In this document: positions 8,316 through 17,618 of the stretch, one piece after another
How positions within the stretch are numbered: position 1 is the first letter of the stretch
Layout: every line of letters starts with the position of its first letter
Source: an uncultured Chloroflexia bacterium
GTDB taxonomy: Bacteria > Chloroflexota > Limnocylindria > QHBO01
Reading direction: 5' to 3'
Assembly: GCA_963773695.1 (NCBI GenBank)
Contig: CAVZCE010000001.1
Span: 205,702 to 269,701, forward strand
Length of the DNA: 64,000 nucleotides
Position numbers and translations under genes: made by a program
Notes under the pieces: generated by a model
The model's database searches: none
The model's input: only the letters and a program-made list of their open reading frames with translations
Told to the model about the DNA's origin: nothing

Positions 8316-9947
8316 TCAGGGAACGGCCGGCGGCGACGAGGGCGTCGGCGACGGCGTGGGCGTGGGAGTCGGGACCGGGGTCGGGGTGGGCGTGGGCGAC
8401 GGCGACGGCGTGGGCGTCGGCTCCGGGCCCTTGCTGATGTAGATGTCGACCTGTGAGCCCTTCGGGACCGTCTCGCCCTCGCCCGGCGCGGAGCGCGTCA
8501 CGGCCCCCTCGGGCTGGTCGGTGGAGTATTCCGGGGTCACGTTGCCCAGCTGCAGCCCGGCATTGGTCAGCGTCGTCTGCGCCTGCTGGCTCGTCTGGCC
8601 GACGAGTCGAGGCACGGTGACCGTCTCCTGTCCCGCGGAGACGACCACGGTGATCGTCTGGCCCCTGCTCACCGGAGAACCCGATGCCGGGTCCGTGCTG
8701 ATCACCTGGTCCTGCGGCACGCTGTCGGAGTTCTGCGTCTGCTCGTCCACGATGAGCCCGCGGTTGCTGGCATCCGCCTTTGCCTGGGTGATCGTCCCGC
8801 CCACCCAGTTGGGCATGGCGAAGGTCGCGACCGATGGCGACGGGCTCGCGCCCGAGCCTCCCAGCGAGGCGACGATCTGCGCCCCCAGGAAGCCCATGAC
8901 GCCCAGCAGCAGGACGGCGAGCAGGACCAGCAGCCAGATCCACCATGGCTGGCCCTCGCGCCGGGCCGGTCGGGCCTGGCGGCGCGGCGGCCCGGCGTAC
9001 GGGGCGCGGTCGGAGGGTCGTGCGACGGGCGGCGGCACGTAGACGGTGGGCTCCCCGGCCGGGGGCAGGGCGGCCGGTGGCGGCGCGGCGCCGACGAGGC
9101 CGGCGGGGGCCGAGCCCGGGTTCTGCTGCCAGCCGCGCAGCGCCTCCGCGAACGAGCCCGCATCCGGGAAGCGGCGGGCCGGGTCGCGCTCCAGGGCGCG
9201 GCGCAGGATCGCCTCGAGGCCGGCGGGCAGCGGCTGGCCGGCCACCATCGGCCTGGGGGGATCGTCCGTCAGTCGCTTCAGGGCAACCCCGGCGGCGGAG
9301 TCGCCCTCGAACGGCCGGCGGCCGGTGAGCATCTCGTAGAGGACGATGCCCAGTGCGTAGACGTCCGAGCGGCCGGTGACCTCGTCCCCGCGCGCCTGCT
9401 CGGGGCTGAAGTAGTGGACGCTGCCCAGCGTGGTGCCGGTGACGGTCATGGACGCCTCCGAGACCGCGCGGGCGATCCCGAAATCGGTCACCTTCACGTC
9501 CCCGTCGTCGGTGATGAGGATGTTGCCCGGCTTCACGTCGCGGTGGACGATGCCCCGCCGGTGCGCCGCCTCCAGGGCGGAGGCGACGGCAATGGCCACC
9601 TCCACCGCGTCATCGGTCGAGATGCGTCCGCGGTCGCGGAGGATGGTCGCCAGGTCCCGCCCGTTGACGAGCTCCATGACGATGAACTGCGTCTCGCCGT
9701 CCGGGTCGGTCCCGTAGTCGTAGACGCTGACGATGTTCGGGTGGGAGAGCGAGGCGGCCGAGCGTGCCTCCTGGCGGAACCGCGCGGCGAAGCCCGGATC
9801 CCCGGAGTACTGCGGGCGGAGGATCTTGACCGCCACCTCGCGGTCGAGCTGCTGGTCCACGGCGCGCCAGAGTGTGGCCATCCCGCCCTCGCCCAGTGGC
9901 CCATCCAATCGGTATCGTCCGCCGATCTCGCGGCCGATCATCTCCAC
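8316..9947 (-). CDS. Ser/Thr protein kinase with a TM segment, two extracellular PASTA domains and a Pro/Thr-rich C-terminal tail (PknB-like)
   Basis: The kinase motifs are LGEGGMATLWRA..VAVKIL, HRDVKPGNIL, DFGIAR and SPEQ. The TM segment is WWIWLLVLLAVLLLGVMGF. Two PASTA-like repeats are present (TVPRLVGQT..., AMPNWVGGT...). Confidence 0.85.
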   Translation of the reverse strand: MEMIGREIGGRYRLDGPLGEGGMATLWRAVDQQLDREVAVKILRPQYSGDPGFAARFRQEARSAASLSHPNIVSVYDYGTDPDGETQFIVMELVNGRDLATILRDRGRISTDDAVEVAIAVASALEAAHRRGIVHRDVKPGNILITDDGDVKVTDFGIARAVSEASMTVTGTTLGSVHYFSPEQARGDEVTGRSDVYALGIVLYEMLTGRRPFEGDSAAGVALKRLTDDPPRPMVAGQPLPAGLEAILRRALERDPARRFPDAGSFAEALRGWQQNPGSAPAGLVGAAPPPAALPPAGEPTVYVPPPVARPSDRAPYAGPPRRQARPARREGQPWWIWLLVLLAVLLLGVMGFLGAQIVASLGGSGASPSPSVATFAMPNWVGGTITQAKADASNRGLIVDEQTQNSDSVPQDQVISTDPASGSPVSRGQTITVVVSAGQETVTVPRLVGQTSQQAQTTLTNAGLQLGNVTPEYSTDQPEGAVTRSAPGEGETVPKGSQVDIYISKGPEPTPTPSPSPTPTPTPVPTPTPTPSPTPSSPPAVP

Positions 9948-10014
9948 GCGCGCTGCGTCCTCCGTGGCGTCCGACCCCCGGCAACAGGACGGTCGGGGGC
10001 GATGCTATCGGTTT

Positions 10015-10887
10015 CTAGTCTCGCAGGTCGAGGCCCCGGACGAACGATCGGATGGCGTCCGCGTCGTCGGACTCGAGCGCGACCGCGATCGTCGCCTTCA
10101 GCCAGCCCAGTCGCGTCCCGGCGTCGTGACGCTCCCCGTCGAACTGGCAGCCGAAGACGGCCTGCTCGTGACTGAGGGCACGGATGGCATCGGTCAGCTG
10201 GATCTCGCCCCCCGAACCGCGCGGCGTCGTCTCGAGGACGTCGAAGATCTTGGGGGTGAGGACATAGCGGCCCAGGACGGCGAGGTCCGACGGCGCCTCG
10301 TGCACGGCCGGCTTCTCGACCAGGTCCTCGATCTCGATGACCTTGCCCTCGTCGTGGCGGGGGGCGGCGATGCCGTAGCGCGTCACGTCCTCGGGCGGAA
10401 CGCGCTGCACGGCGATGACGGAGCCGCGATGGGCGTGGTACGCGTCGATGAGCTGGGCCGTGACGGGGGGGCCCCCCGGGTTGAGCATGACGTCGTCGCT
10501 GAGGAGGACGGCGAACGGCTCGTCTCCCACGAGCTCCTTGGCCATCAGCACCGCGTGGCCCAGGCCGAGCTGCTCCTTCTGGTGCACGAACGCGATGGTG
10601 CCGATCTCGCTGATGTGGCGAACGGCGCGCAGGTTCTCGATGTCCCCGCGCTCCTCCAGCCAGCGCTCCAGCATGGGGTTGGAGTCGAAGTGGTCCTCGA
10701 TGGCGCTGCGGCCCGAGGCGATGACGATGATGATCTGCTCGATCCCGGAGGCGACGGCCTCTTCCACGGCGTACTGGATGATCGGTCGGTCGACCAGCGG
10801 CAGCATCTCCTTGGGAACTGCCTTCGATGCCGGGAGGAAGCGGGTGCCGAATCCCGCGGCGGGCAGGACGGCCTTTCTGACGTGCAC
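10015..10887 (-). CDS. galU: UTP--glucose-1-phosphate uridylyltransferase
   Basis: VRKAVLPAAGFGTRFLPASKAVPKEMLPLVDRPIIQYAVEEAVASGIEQIIIV is a classic GalU N-terminus. The GTG start is preceded by an AAGGAG RBS. Confidence 0.85.
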   Translation of the reverse strand: MHVRKAVLPAAGFGTRFLPASKAVPKEMLPLVDRPIIQYAVEEAVASGIEQIIIVIASGRSAIEDHFDSNPMLERWLEERGDIENLRAVRHISEIGTIAFVHQKEQLGLGHAVLMAKELVGDEPFAVLLSDDVMLNPGGPPVTAQLIDAYHAHRGSVIAVQRVPPEDVTRYGIAAPRHDEGKVIEIEDLVEKPAVHEAPSDLAVLGRYVLTPKIFDVLETTPRGSGGEIQLTDAIRALSHEQAVFGCQFDGERHDAGTRLGWLKATIAVALESDDADAIRSFVRGLDLRD

Positions 10888-11120
10888 GATGAAGGGCTGG
10901 CTCCTTGCTGTCAGGTGGGGGAACGGCGCCCCGCCGCGCGCCGTGGCGCGCTGGATGGCGGGTACCTCTCGGGGTTCCTCACGGGGGGCCAAGTATACCG
11001 AAGTGCGTCCGCACGGGCCTCCGTGGCACCGGCGGCGGACCGATGGCGGCGCATCCGGCGTCCCGTTCCGGCCCCGGCGTTGCGCCCGGTGCCGGCTTCC
11101 GACGCTACAATCCCTTCCCG

Positions 11121-11642
11121 ATGTTCAGATCCCTGGCGCGCACCCTGCGAGGACCGAGCCGCGACCCACGGATGACCTACGTCAGCCGGCCGCTGCCGCG
11201 TGACCTGCACGACGAGCAGGTGCTCGCCGCGCTCGACATCGCGCTCGCCGCGGACCCGGATCCCGCCTACCTGGTCGAGACGCTCCCGCCGGCGCTGCGC
11301 GAGGCGACCGGCCGGGACTACGAGATCCTGGACCGCTCGGTGGGCGACGTGACCGGCGCCTTCACCCGGACGATGGTGATGATCCGGGACGGCAGCGTGG
11401 GCCTCTGGCCGGGCTATGCGGCGCGGTCCTATCCGCTCCTCGCTCGCGACGCGCGACGGAACGAGACCCGCGCGGCGATCGCCGAGGCGGAGGAGGCCGC
11501 CGCGCCCGACCGCAAGGCCGGCTGGGAGCCCCCCGCGCCCGTGGTGCGGACGCCGCCGCCGGAGGTTCCCGTCGGGACCGCCACCGGCGGCGCCAGCGAG
11601 GTGCAGGATGCCGGGCCGCTGGACGACGAGTCGAGGACCTGA
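11121..11642 (+). CDS. Hypothetical protein (no recognisable domain)
   Basis: This is an ORF with good GC3 bias; the ATG at 11121 was chosen within the 10905..11642 ORF. A TACAAT -10-like hexamer lies at 11104-11109, so a short or leaderless 5' UTR is possible. Its stop directly abuts the next small gene. Confidence 0.45.
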   Translation: MFRSLARTLRGPSRDPRMTYVSRPLPRDLHDEQVLAALDIALAADPDPAYLVETLPPALREATGRDYEILDRSVGDVTGAFTRTMVMIRDGSVGLWPGYAARSYPLLARDARRNETRAAIAEAEEAAAPDRKAGWEPPAPVVRTPPPEVPVGTATGGASEVQDAGPLDDESRT

Positions 11643-11655
11643 AGGAGCCTGAGGC

Positions 11656-11835
11656 ATGGGCCGCCAGAACATTCCGCGCGACCAGTGGCTGGAGATCGGG
11701 TCCGAGTGCCCGCACTGCGGTGAGCGGCTCAACGAGTCGTACGTCACCTCGTGGCGGCCGCTTCCCGAGGATCCGAAGCTGCTGATCCTCACCTGCCCGA
11801 ACTGCGGCGACCGGGTGGAGATCAACCACATCTGA
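11656..11835 (+). CDS. Small zinc-ribbon protein (59 aa, CPHCG...CPNCG)
   Basis: MGRQNIPRDQWLEIGSECPHCGERLNESYVTSWRPLPEDPKLLILTCPNCGDRVEINHI. A GAAGGAG RBS lies 8 nt upstream. It falls below the ORF-track size cutoff. Confidence 0.6.
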   Translation: MGRQNIPRDQWLEIGSECPHCGERLNESYVTSWRPLPEDPKLLILTCPNCGDRVEINHI

Positions 11836-11881
11836 GGGTCCGTCCGTGCACCGGCGCCGCGGGTGCCGGGACGGTGCGGTG

Positions 11882-11958
11882 TGGTACCCCCAACCGGATT
11901 CGAACCGGTGATCTCCACCTTGAAAGGGTGGCGTCCTAGGCCTCTAGACGATGGGGGC
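11882..11958 (-). tRNA. tRNA-Glu: tRNA-Glu (anticodon UUC), 77 nt including the encoded CCA
   Basis: The reverse complement is GCCCCCATCGTCTAGAGGCCTAGGACGCCACCCTTTCAAGGTGGAGATCACCGGTTCGAATCCGGTTGGGGGTACCA. The D-loop TAGAGGCCTAGGAC is typical of tRNA-Glu. The anticodon stem-loop is CCACC-CTTTCAA-GGTGG, giving TTC. The T-loop is GGTTCGAATCC. Confidence 0.9.
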
Positions 11959-12010
11959 GCCGCTGGAGCCGGGCCCGGAATGGCCGGTCTCAGCGCAGAT
12001 CGTACCGCGC

Positions 12011-12382
12011 TCAGCCCAGGCCGAAGGTGAGGAGGAGGATGATCGTGGCCGCCAGGGCGCCTGCTCCGACCACGACCGCCAGCCCACCCGCCACGGCGAT
12101 CCCCACCGCGCGCCCGGCGCAGCCGTCCCGCCACGAGCGCAGGGACCAGACCCAGGCCTTGACGAAGAGCAGCCCGCCGAAGACGACGGCGATCAGCCCC
12201 GCGGCGAGCAGGGAGTAGACGGAGACCTGCGTGTTCCGCACCAGCAGGCCGACGGCGACGAGCGCCCCGACCACGATGTAGGCCACCACGCCCAGGATCA
12301 GCCAGCGGAGGAACGGGTGGACGCGGCCGGATCGTCTCCGCGGGGAGCCGGCGGAGCGCGCGGCCATGGGTCCGGACCTCAC
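12011..12382 (-). CDS. Small integral membrane protein (3-4 predicted TM helices), hypothetical
   Basis: Hydrophobic segments include LILGVVAYIVVGALVAVGLLV, LLAAGLIAVVFGGLLFV and AVGIAVAGGLAVVVGAGALAATIILLL. The start is uncertain (GTG at 12382 or ATG at 12367). It lies downstream of the Mo-oxidoreductase, possibly as a partner. Confidence 0.5.
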   Translation of the reverse strand: MRSGPMAARSAGSPRRRSGRVHPFLRWLILGVVAYIVVGALVAVGLLVRNTQVSVYSLLAAGLIAVVFGGLLFVKAWVWSLRSWRDGCAGRAVGIAVAGGLAVVVGAGALAATIILLLTFGLG

Positions 12383-12406
12383 GGGCGGCCCCTTCGCAGG
12401 CGTCCG

Positions 12407-13009
12407 TCAGAACCCGGCGTAGCGGTCCTCCTTCCACGGATCGGCGGTGTTGCTGTAGCCGTTGCGCTCCCAGAAGCCCAGCCGGTCCTCCGTCGCGAAC
12501 TCGACGCCGCGCAGCCACTTCGCGCTCTTCCAGAAGTACTTGCCCGGGACGATGGCGCGCAGCGGGTAGCCGTGCTCCGTCTCCAGCGGCTCCCCGGCGA
12601 AGCTCCAGGCCAGGAGGCAGTCCGGCTGCATGGCCACCTCCAGCGGCACGTTGGCGGTGTAGCCGGACTCCGCGTGGAAGATGACGAAGCGAGCGTCCGG
12701 TGCGGGCCGGGCGACCTCCGCGATGTGCGTGAAGGGCACGCCCTCCCAGGTCGTGCCGAGCTTGGACCAGCGCGTGACGCAGTGGATGTCGAGCGTCACC
12801 GTCGTGGCGGGGAGCGCCCGGAACTCGGTCCACGCCAGGGTGAAGGGAGTCTCCACCTCGCCGAAGACGCGGAAGTCCCAGCGGGACAGGTCGGGGTACT
12901 CCGGGGTGTGGCCGAAGTGGAGGACCGGGAACTTCTCGGTGAGCACCTGGCCCGGCGGGATCCGCTCCAGGATCTCCGGGTCGTGCGTCGTCCTCTGCCA
13001 TGGGAACAT
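12407..13009 (-). CDS. Sulfite-oxidase-family molybdopterin oxidoreductase (MsrP/YedY-like, Oxidored_molyb domain)
   Basis: MFPWQRTTHDPEILERIPPGQVLTEKFPVLHFGHTPEY...DIHCVTRWSKLGTTWEGVPF...LLAWSFAGEPLETEHGYPLRAIVPGKYFWKSAKWLRGVEF is typical of the family. No signal peptide is evident. Confidence 0.75.
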   Translation of the reverse strand: MFPWQRTTHDPEILERIPPGQVLTEKFPVLHFGHTPEYPDLSRWDFRVFGEVETPFTLAWTEFRALPATTVTLDIHCVTRWSKLGTTWEGVPFTHIAEVARPAPDARFVIFHAESGYTANVPLEVAMQPDCLLAWSFAGEPLETEHGYPLRAIVPGKYFWKSAKWLRGVEFATEDRLGFWERNGYSNTADPWKEDRYAGF

Positions 13010-13098
13010 GGCGCGAAGGGTGCATGCACCGATGTCGGCCGTCAAGATCGACCGGTGCCTGACCGAACCTGGCACGGCCCGCGGCTAGACTCGAGCCG

Positions 13099-14862
13099 AT
13101 GGCCGGTCCGCACCACGGCTCCTCTCCGTTCGCGGCCTTCGCGGCGACCGCCGACGCGATCGCCGGCACGCGCTCGAAGCTCGTCAAGCGCGACCTCCTT
13201 GCCGCGTACCTCCGCGACCTTCCGGAGCCGGACCTGCCCATCGCCGCGACCTTCGTCTCGGGGCGTCCGCTGGCGGGAGCGGGGGACCGGCTGGGGCTCG
13301 GCTGGGTGCAGCTCTCCGGCGCGCTGCAGGCCGCGAGCGGTGCGGGCGACGACGAGCTGCGAGGCGCGTACCTGCGTCACTCGGATCCGGGGGATGCCGC
13401 CGCCGACCTCCTGGAACGGGTCCCGGCGGGTGCGGCGCTCACCCTCGCGGAGCTGGATGCGGGCTTCCGTGGCATGGCGGCGGCCCCCGGCACCGAGACG
13501 CGGACCGGGCTGATGGCCGGGCTCTTCGCACGGGCGAGCGCCGACGAGGCGCGCTACCTCGCGCGCATCGCGGCTCGCGAGCTGCGGATCGGCCTGCGGG
13601 AAGGGCTCCTGGAGGAGGCCATCGGGGCCGCGTTCGACCGCCCCCTGGAGGACGTGCGGCGCGCGCTCATGCTTGTCGGCGAGGCGGGTGAGGCTGCGGC
13701 GCTGGCCCGTGCCGGCCGGCTCGGCGAGGCGCGCCTTCGCCTTGGTCGTCCGGTCCGCTTCATGCTCGCGACCCCGGTCGCCGACGCCGGGGAGGTCGTG
13801 CGCCGCGTGGGCGCGGAGGCCTGGATCGAGGACAAGTACGACGGGATCCGCTGCCAGCTGCACCTGGGCCCGGGGACGGACGGCGCACGCCTCTTCAGCC
13901 GCGACCTGAACGAGATCACCGTCAGCTTCCCGGAGGTCGTGGCCTCCGCCGCGGAGCTGGGCCACGCGCTCGTCCTGGACGGAGAGCTGGTCCCGTTCCG
14001 CGAGGGCGCGGTGATGGACTTCGCCGCGCTCCAGACGCGCCTGGGCCGCGTCGACCCCGGACCGGAACTCGTCGCCGAGGTGCCGGTGGTGCTCGTGGCC
14101 TTCGACCTGCTGCATCTCGACGGGGAGGACCTGCTGGACGTCTCCCTGCGCGAGCGGCGCGGCGCGCTGGAGCGCCTCTCCCTGCCGGAGCGGAGCGCCG
14201 GCGGCCTCCTCTACTCGCACCTGGCGACGGTGCGCGGGCCGGCCGCCGTGGACGCCGCCTTCGACGAGGCACGCGAGCGCCACAACGAGGGCCTGATGAT
14301 CAAGGATCCGGCCTCGGCCTACCAGCCGGGCCGGCGCGGCCTGGGCTGGCTGAAGCTCAAGCGCGCGCTCGCCACGCTCGACTGCGTGGTGGTCGGCGTC
14401 GAATGGGGCCACGGCAAGCGGCGCGGCGTCCTCTCGGACTACACGTTCGCCGTCCTGGGACCCGACGGCGAGTCGCTGCTCACCATCGGCAAGGCGTACA
14501 CCGGCCTCACCGATGCCGAGATCGCGGAGATGACGCGCCACTTCCTGGCGACCACGGTGAGCGACCACGGGCGGTACCGCAGCGTGGTGCCGGAGGTGGT
14601 CGTGGAGATCGCCTTCGATCGCATCATGCGCTCGAGCCGGCACCGCTCCGGCTTCGCGCTGCGCTTCCCGCGCATCCTGCGGATCCGGAGCGACAAGGGG
14701 CCGGACCAGGTGGACGACCTGGCGGCGGTCGAGCGGCTCTTCGCGGAGCAGGCCTCCGGCCGGATCCTCCTCGCGACCGGCGCGGGAGGCGAGACGGAGC
14801 GGATCGCCGCGGGGCTGCGCGGCGCCGAGGATGCGACGCCGGGCGCGGGCGCTCGCCGCTAG
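13099..14862 (+). CDS. ATP-dependent DNA ligase (LigB-type: N-terminal DNA-binding domain, adenylation domain, OB fold)
   Basis: Motif I is WIEDKYDGIRCQLH (KYDGIR). The match continues through LVLDGELVPF, MIKDPASAYQPGRRGLGWLKLK and other motifs. Confidence 0.85.
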   Translation: MAGPHHGSSPFAAFAATADAIAGTRSKLVKRDLLAAYLRDLPEPDLPIAATFVSGRPLAGAGDRLGLGWVQLSGALQAASGAGDDELRGAYLRHSDPGDAAADLLERVPAGAALTLAELDAGFRGMAAAPGTETRTGLMAGLFARASADEARYLARIAARELRIGLREGLLEEAIGAAFDRPLEDVRRALMLVGEAGEAAALARAGRLGEARLRLGRPVRFMLATPVADAGEVVRRVGAEAWIEDKYDGIRCQLHLGPGTDGARLFSRDLNEITVSFPEVVASAAELGHALVLDGELVPFREGAVMDFAALQTRLGRVDPGPELVAEVPVVLVAFDLLHLDGEDLLDVSLRERRGALERLSLPERSAGGLLYSHLATVRGPAAVDAAFDEARERHNEGLMIKDPASAYQPGRRGLGWLKLKRALATLDCVVVGVEWGHGKRRGVLSDYTFAVLGPDGESLLTIGKAYTGLTDAEIAEMTRHFLATTVSDHGRYRSVVPEVVVEIAFDRIMRSSRHRSGFALRFPRILRIRSDKGPDQVDDLAAVERLFAEQASGRILLATGAGGETERIAAGLRGAEDATPGAGARR

Positions 14863-14917
14863 ATCGGCCGGGAACGGACGTCGGCGCCGACATCGGTCCT
14901 GCTAGCATCGGCGGACC

Positions 14918-15556
14918 ATGAGCGTCTTTGGAGATCCGTTCGGCTCCGACGTCACGACCGTCAGCCTGGACCTGTACACGACCGACTACCGCGTCTCCGG
15001 GAGCATGGCGACGCGCTTCTCCCGGGTCAGCGACATCCTCAACCAGGTCACCACGACCCACCTGCTGGTGGAGCAGGCGACGGTCTCCGAGTACGCCGAT
15101 CCCACGGCCACCCTGGGTTCGCGCCAGGTCCACGTAGCGCTCGACGAGATCCTCCTCTGCGTTGCCGCGACGGAGGGCACCCCGCGCCCGGAGATGCGCA
15201 TCCCCAAGCGTGCCGTGAAGGCGCAGCTCGGGATTCCGCCCTTCCGGGTCACCGGCACGGTCCACGTCCCGCAGGGGAGCCGGCCGGTGGACGGGCTGCT
15301 GAACGCGGCGGACCGCTACGTCACCGTGACGGATGCGGCGATCGCCTCCGCGGCGCACCCGGAGCTGTCGCGGAACGTGGCCGCGGTCGCGGTCCAGCGC
15401 CGCCGCGCGCACATCCTGCTCGTGGCCGACGACGAGCGCCCCGACGAGCTGCTGGCGGAGATCCTCGACGAGGCGACCGCGAAGGGCTGGCTCGGCGAAC
15501 GTGATCCGGGCCGCCAGCCCGGGCCGGGCCCGGCGGGGAGCCCGGAGCGGGGCTAG
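14918..15556 (+). CDS. Hypothetical protein
   Basis: ORF of 212 aa with good GC3 bias and no recognisable motif. Confidence 0.45.
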   Translation: MSVFGDPFGSDVTTVSLDLYTTDYRVSGSMATRFSRVSDILNQVTTTHLLVEQATVSEYADPTATLGSRQVHVALDEILLCVAATEGTPRPEMRIPKRAVKAQLGIPPFRVTGTVHVPQGSRPVDGLLNAADRYVTVTDAAIASAAHPELSRNVAAVAVQRRRAHILLVADDERPDELLAEILDEATAKGWLGERDPGRQPGPGPAGSPERG

Positions 15557-15559
15557 CTC

Positions 15560-16330
15560 CTACGCCGTCCCGGGAACCGATCCGCCCCGGCGAGCTGAAC
15601 CGCCCGTGGCCGGCGGCTCATCCCCGGACCGGCTCGTCTCGATCACCGACTCGGCGAACGCGATCACCCGCTCCGCGTTGAGCCGCTGCACCCGGCCGAT
15701 GGCGTTCGCCCACCACGGCGCGTTGTCGGTGGTGATCACCTCCGAGTCGGGCTCCTCCAGGATGAGTCGGCTGCGACGGTCCGGGAAGGCGACCGCCGCC
15801 TCGAGCGGGAGGTTCTCGTGGCCCGCGTCGCGCGCCCAGGCCGCGACGGCATTCCGTGCGGCGGTTCCCTCGTACGAGGGGTTGGTGATGCACGGGATCC
15901 AGCCCCGGCGGCTGTGCGTGTCGAACTCCCAGCCGTGGCCGCGGACGCGGTAGCGCCCCTGCCAGCGCCGTGCGATCAGGGCCCGCACGCCGGGCGGACC
16001 CACCAGCAGCGCCTCCACCTCCGGGGGGACTCCCGGGAGCCGCGGCCCGAGCAGGAGCAGGTAGGCGTCGTCGAGGGCGTCGGAGAGAAGGCGGACGAGG
16101 TCGTCCGGGGCGCCGGAGGTGCGCGCCCGCAGCACCTGGCCGAGCATCCCGGCCCCGATCCCCAGGCCCAGGGCGGCCACGATCGCCAGGACCGCACGCG
16201 CCTCCGGCTGGCGCTGGGGGCCGGCGATGGCGAGCACGGCGGCCACCCCGCCCACCGCGAGCATGACGCCGGCGAGGATTCCCGGTCCCCGGCGGGAGCG
16301 TTCCGGGCTGGAGAGACGGATCACGCGCAC
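15560..16330 (-). CDS. Membrane-anchored protein with a C-terminal NERD-like (nuclease-related) domain; start uncertain
   Basis: The C-terminal half (VRALIARRWQGRYRVRGHGWEFD...CITNPSYEGTAARNAV...LILEEPDSEVITTDNAPWW) resembles NERD. TM helices are LAGVMLAVGGVAAVLAIAG and AIVAALGLGIGAGMLG. The GTG at 16330 was chosen because it has a GGGGAG RBS. Confidence 0.45.
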   Translation of the reverse strand: MRVIRLSSPERSRRGPGILAGVMLAVGGVAAVLAIAGPQRQPEARAVLAIVAALGLGIGAGMLGQVLRARTSGAPDDLVRLLSDALDDAYLLLLGPRLPGVPPEVEALLVGPPGVRALIARRWQGRYRVRGHGWEFDTHSRRGWIPCITNPSYEGTAARNAVAAWARDAGHENLPLEAAVAFPDRRSRLILEEPDSEVITTDNAPWWANAIGRVQRLNAERVIAFAESVIETSRSGDEPPATGGSARRGGSVPGTA

Positions 16331-16401
16331 CGGGCCGGCTCCCCGGATCCGCGCAGCCCTCGCGTCCGCCCGGTCGCGGGCACCGATGCTAGAGTCCGCG
16401 A

Positions 16402-16884
16402 ATGTCCCGGCTGAGCGTTCTCGCGACCTTCCTCGACCCCGCGCAGGGGATGCAGGTCGAGGCGACCACGGATGGCGGCGCGCGGGTGGTGTTCGACTCG
16501 CCGCCGCCCGGCGAGGAGAGCGCCGGCGCGAGCCCGCGCGAGACGGTCCTCGCCGCGCTGGCGGCCTGCACCGCGATGGATGTCGCCAGCATCCTGCGCA
16601 AGAAGCGGCAGCCGGCATCGGGCTACCAGATCGCGGTGAGCGGCGAGGCGCGCGACGACGAGCACCCGCACGTCTTCACCACCATCGTCGTGGAGCACCG
16701 CGTCAGCGGGATGGTTGAGGTGCAGGCGCTGGCGCGGGCGATCGAGCTCTCCGCGACGCGCTACTGCCCGGTGAGCGCCATGCTCTCCGCGGGCCTGCCG
16801 ATCGAGCATCGCTACCGGCTCGCGACACCGGACGGGGAGGAGCATTCCGGGCTCGCCGCGCGCACCGGACCGGAGCTCGCCTGA
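16402..16884 (+). CDS. OsmC/Ohr-family peroxiredoxin
   Basis: ALAACTAMDVASIL and HVFTTIVVEHRVSG...LSATRYCPVSAML carry the two conserved Cys of the OsmC family. Confidence 0.8.
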   Translation: MSRLSVLATFLDPAQGMQVEATTDGGARVVFDSPPPGEESAGASPRETVLAALAACTAMDVASILRKKRQPASGYQIAVSGEARDDEHPHVFTTIVVEHRVSGMVEVQALARAIELSATRYCPVSAMLSAGLPIEHRYRLATPDGEEHSGLAARTGPELA

Positions 16885-16932
16885 CGCGCCGGATCGAGCC
16901 CGCGGCCCGGGCGGCTCCGCTTCACGGCGCGC

Positions 16933-17367
16933 TCAGCGCGAGGCCCAGCGATCCGATGGAGCCTCGATGGCGTCCAGCACCGCGTCGTGGAACCGGTCGA
17001 TGTCGAACGGCTTGGCGACGATGGGGCCGAGAGGCTCGAGCTCGTGCAGTCGGGCGCGGGAGGCGGCGCTGACGAAGACGGCCGGGATGCCCGGCCAGGT
17101 CTCGCGGAGCAGCTCGGCAATGTCGCCGCCGTCGCCGTCGGGCAGCATGACGTCGACGACGAGCAGGTGCGGCAGGGCGACCGCCATCAGGTCTCCCAGC
17201 TCCACGATGCGGGAGCAGGTGACCACCGTGTAGCCAAGGTCCCGGAGGAGATCCGCCTCCAGCGCCGCGATGTCCGGGTCGTCCTCCAGGACGTAGGCGC
17301 GGAACGACTCCTCCTCGTCGGGGGCGGTGGTCGCCGGCTGGGCAGCGGTGTACGGCGATGCGGTCAT
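16933..17367 (-). CDS. Single-domain response regulator (CheY-like receiver only)
   Basis: FRAYVLEDDPDIAALEADLLRDLGYTVV...PHLLVVDVMLPDGDGGDIAEL...VFVSAASRARLHELEPLGPIVAKPFDIDRF shows the DD...D...K receiver signature with no output domain. Confidence 0.75.
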   Translation of the reverse strand: MTASPYTAAQPATTAPDEEESFRAYVLEDDPDIAALEADLLRDLGYTVVTCSRIVELGDLMAVALPHLLVVDVMLPDGDGGDIAELLRETWPGIPAVFVSAASRARLHELEPLGPIVAKPFDIDRFHDAVLDAIEAPSDRWASR

Positions 17368-17618
17368 GGCGCGAGTGTGGCGGCGACGCACCACGCCGGC
17401 AATGGCGGAATCAGGCCATCGGGCTGGTACCTCCGGCGTACTCATGGCGCCGCGGGGGCGGAGGCCCCGGCGATGCGAAAACCGCGGCCCGGTCGCCGTC
17501 CGCCATCGGTCAAGGGGAGACGATCGGCACACTTGTTGCGCCGTTGTATGGTTACGGCCCGCGCCGACCTCTCGAGGGCTCTGCGAGGGCGCGGGCGAGC
17601 GAAGCGAGGCGATCGGAC

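Noticed and set aside
8316-8420. PT-repeat DNA (GGCGTGGGCGTCGG-like units) at the 3' end of the kinase gene as a non-coding repeat
   Set aside because: It lies inside the reading frame and encodes the Pro/Thr-rich C-terminal linker (PTPTPSPSPTPTPTP). It is coding low-complexity sequence, not an independent element.
11836-12010. A prophage or integrative element at tRNA-Glu
   Set aside because: There is no integrase, no duplicated tRNA 3' end (att-like direct repeat) and no shift in composition. The flanking genes are ordinary chromosomal genes.
17368-17618. A LexA/SOS box or defined promoter upstream of ku
   Set aside because: No TCGAAC-N4-GTTCGA-like palindrome was found. Only a weak TATGGT -10-like hexamer is present, which is insufficient to call.
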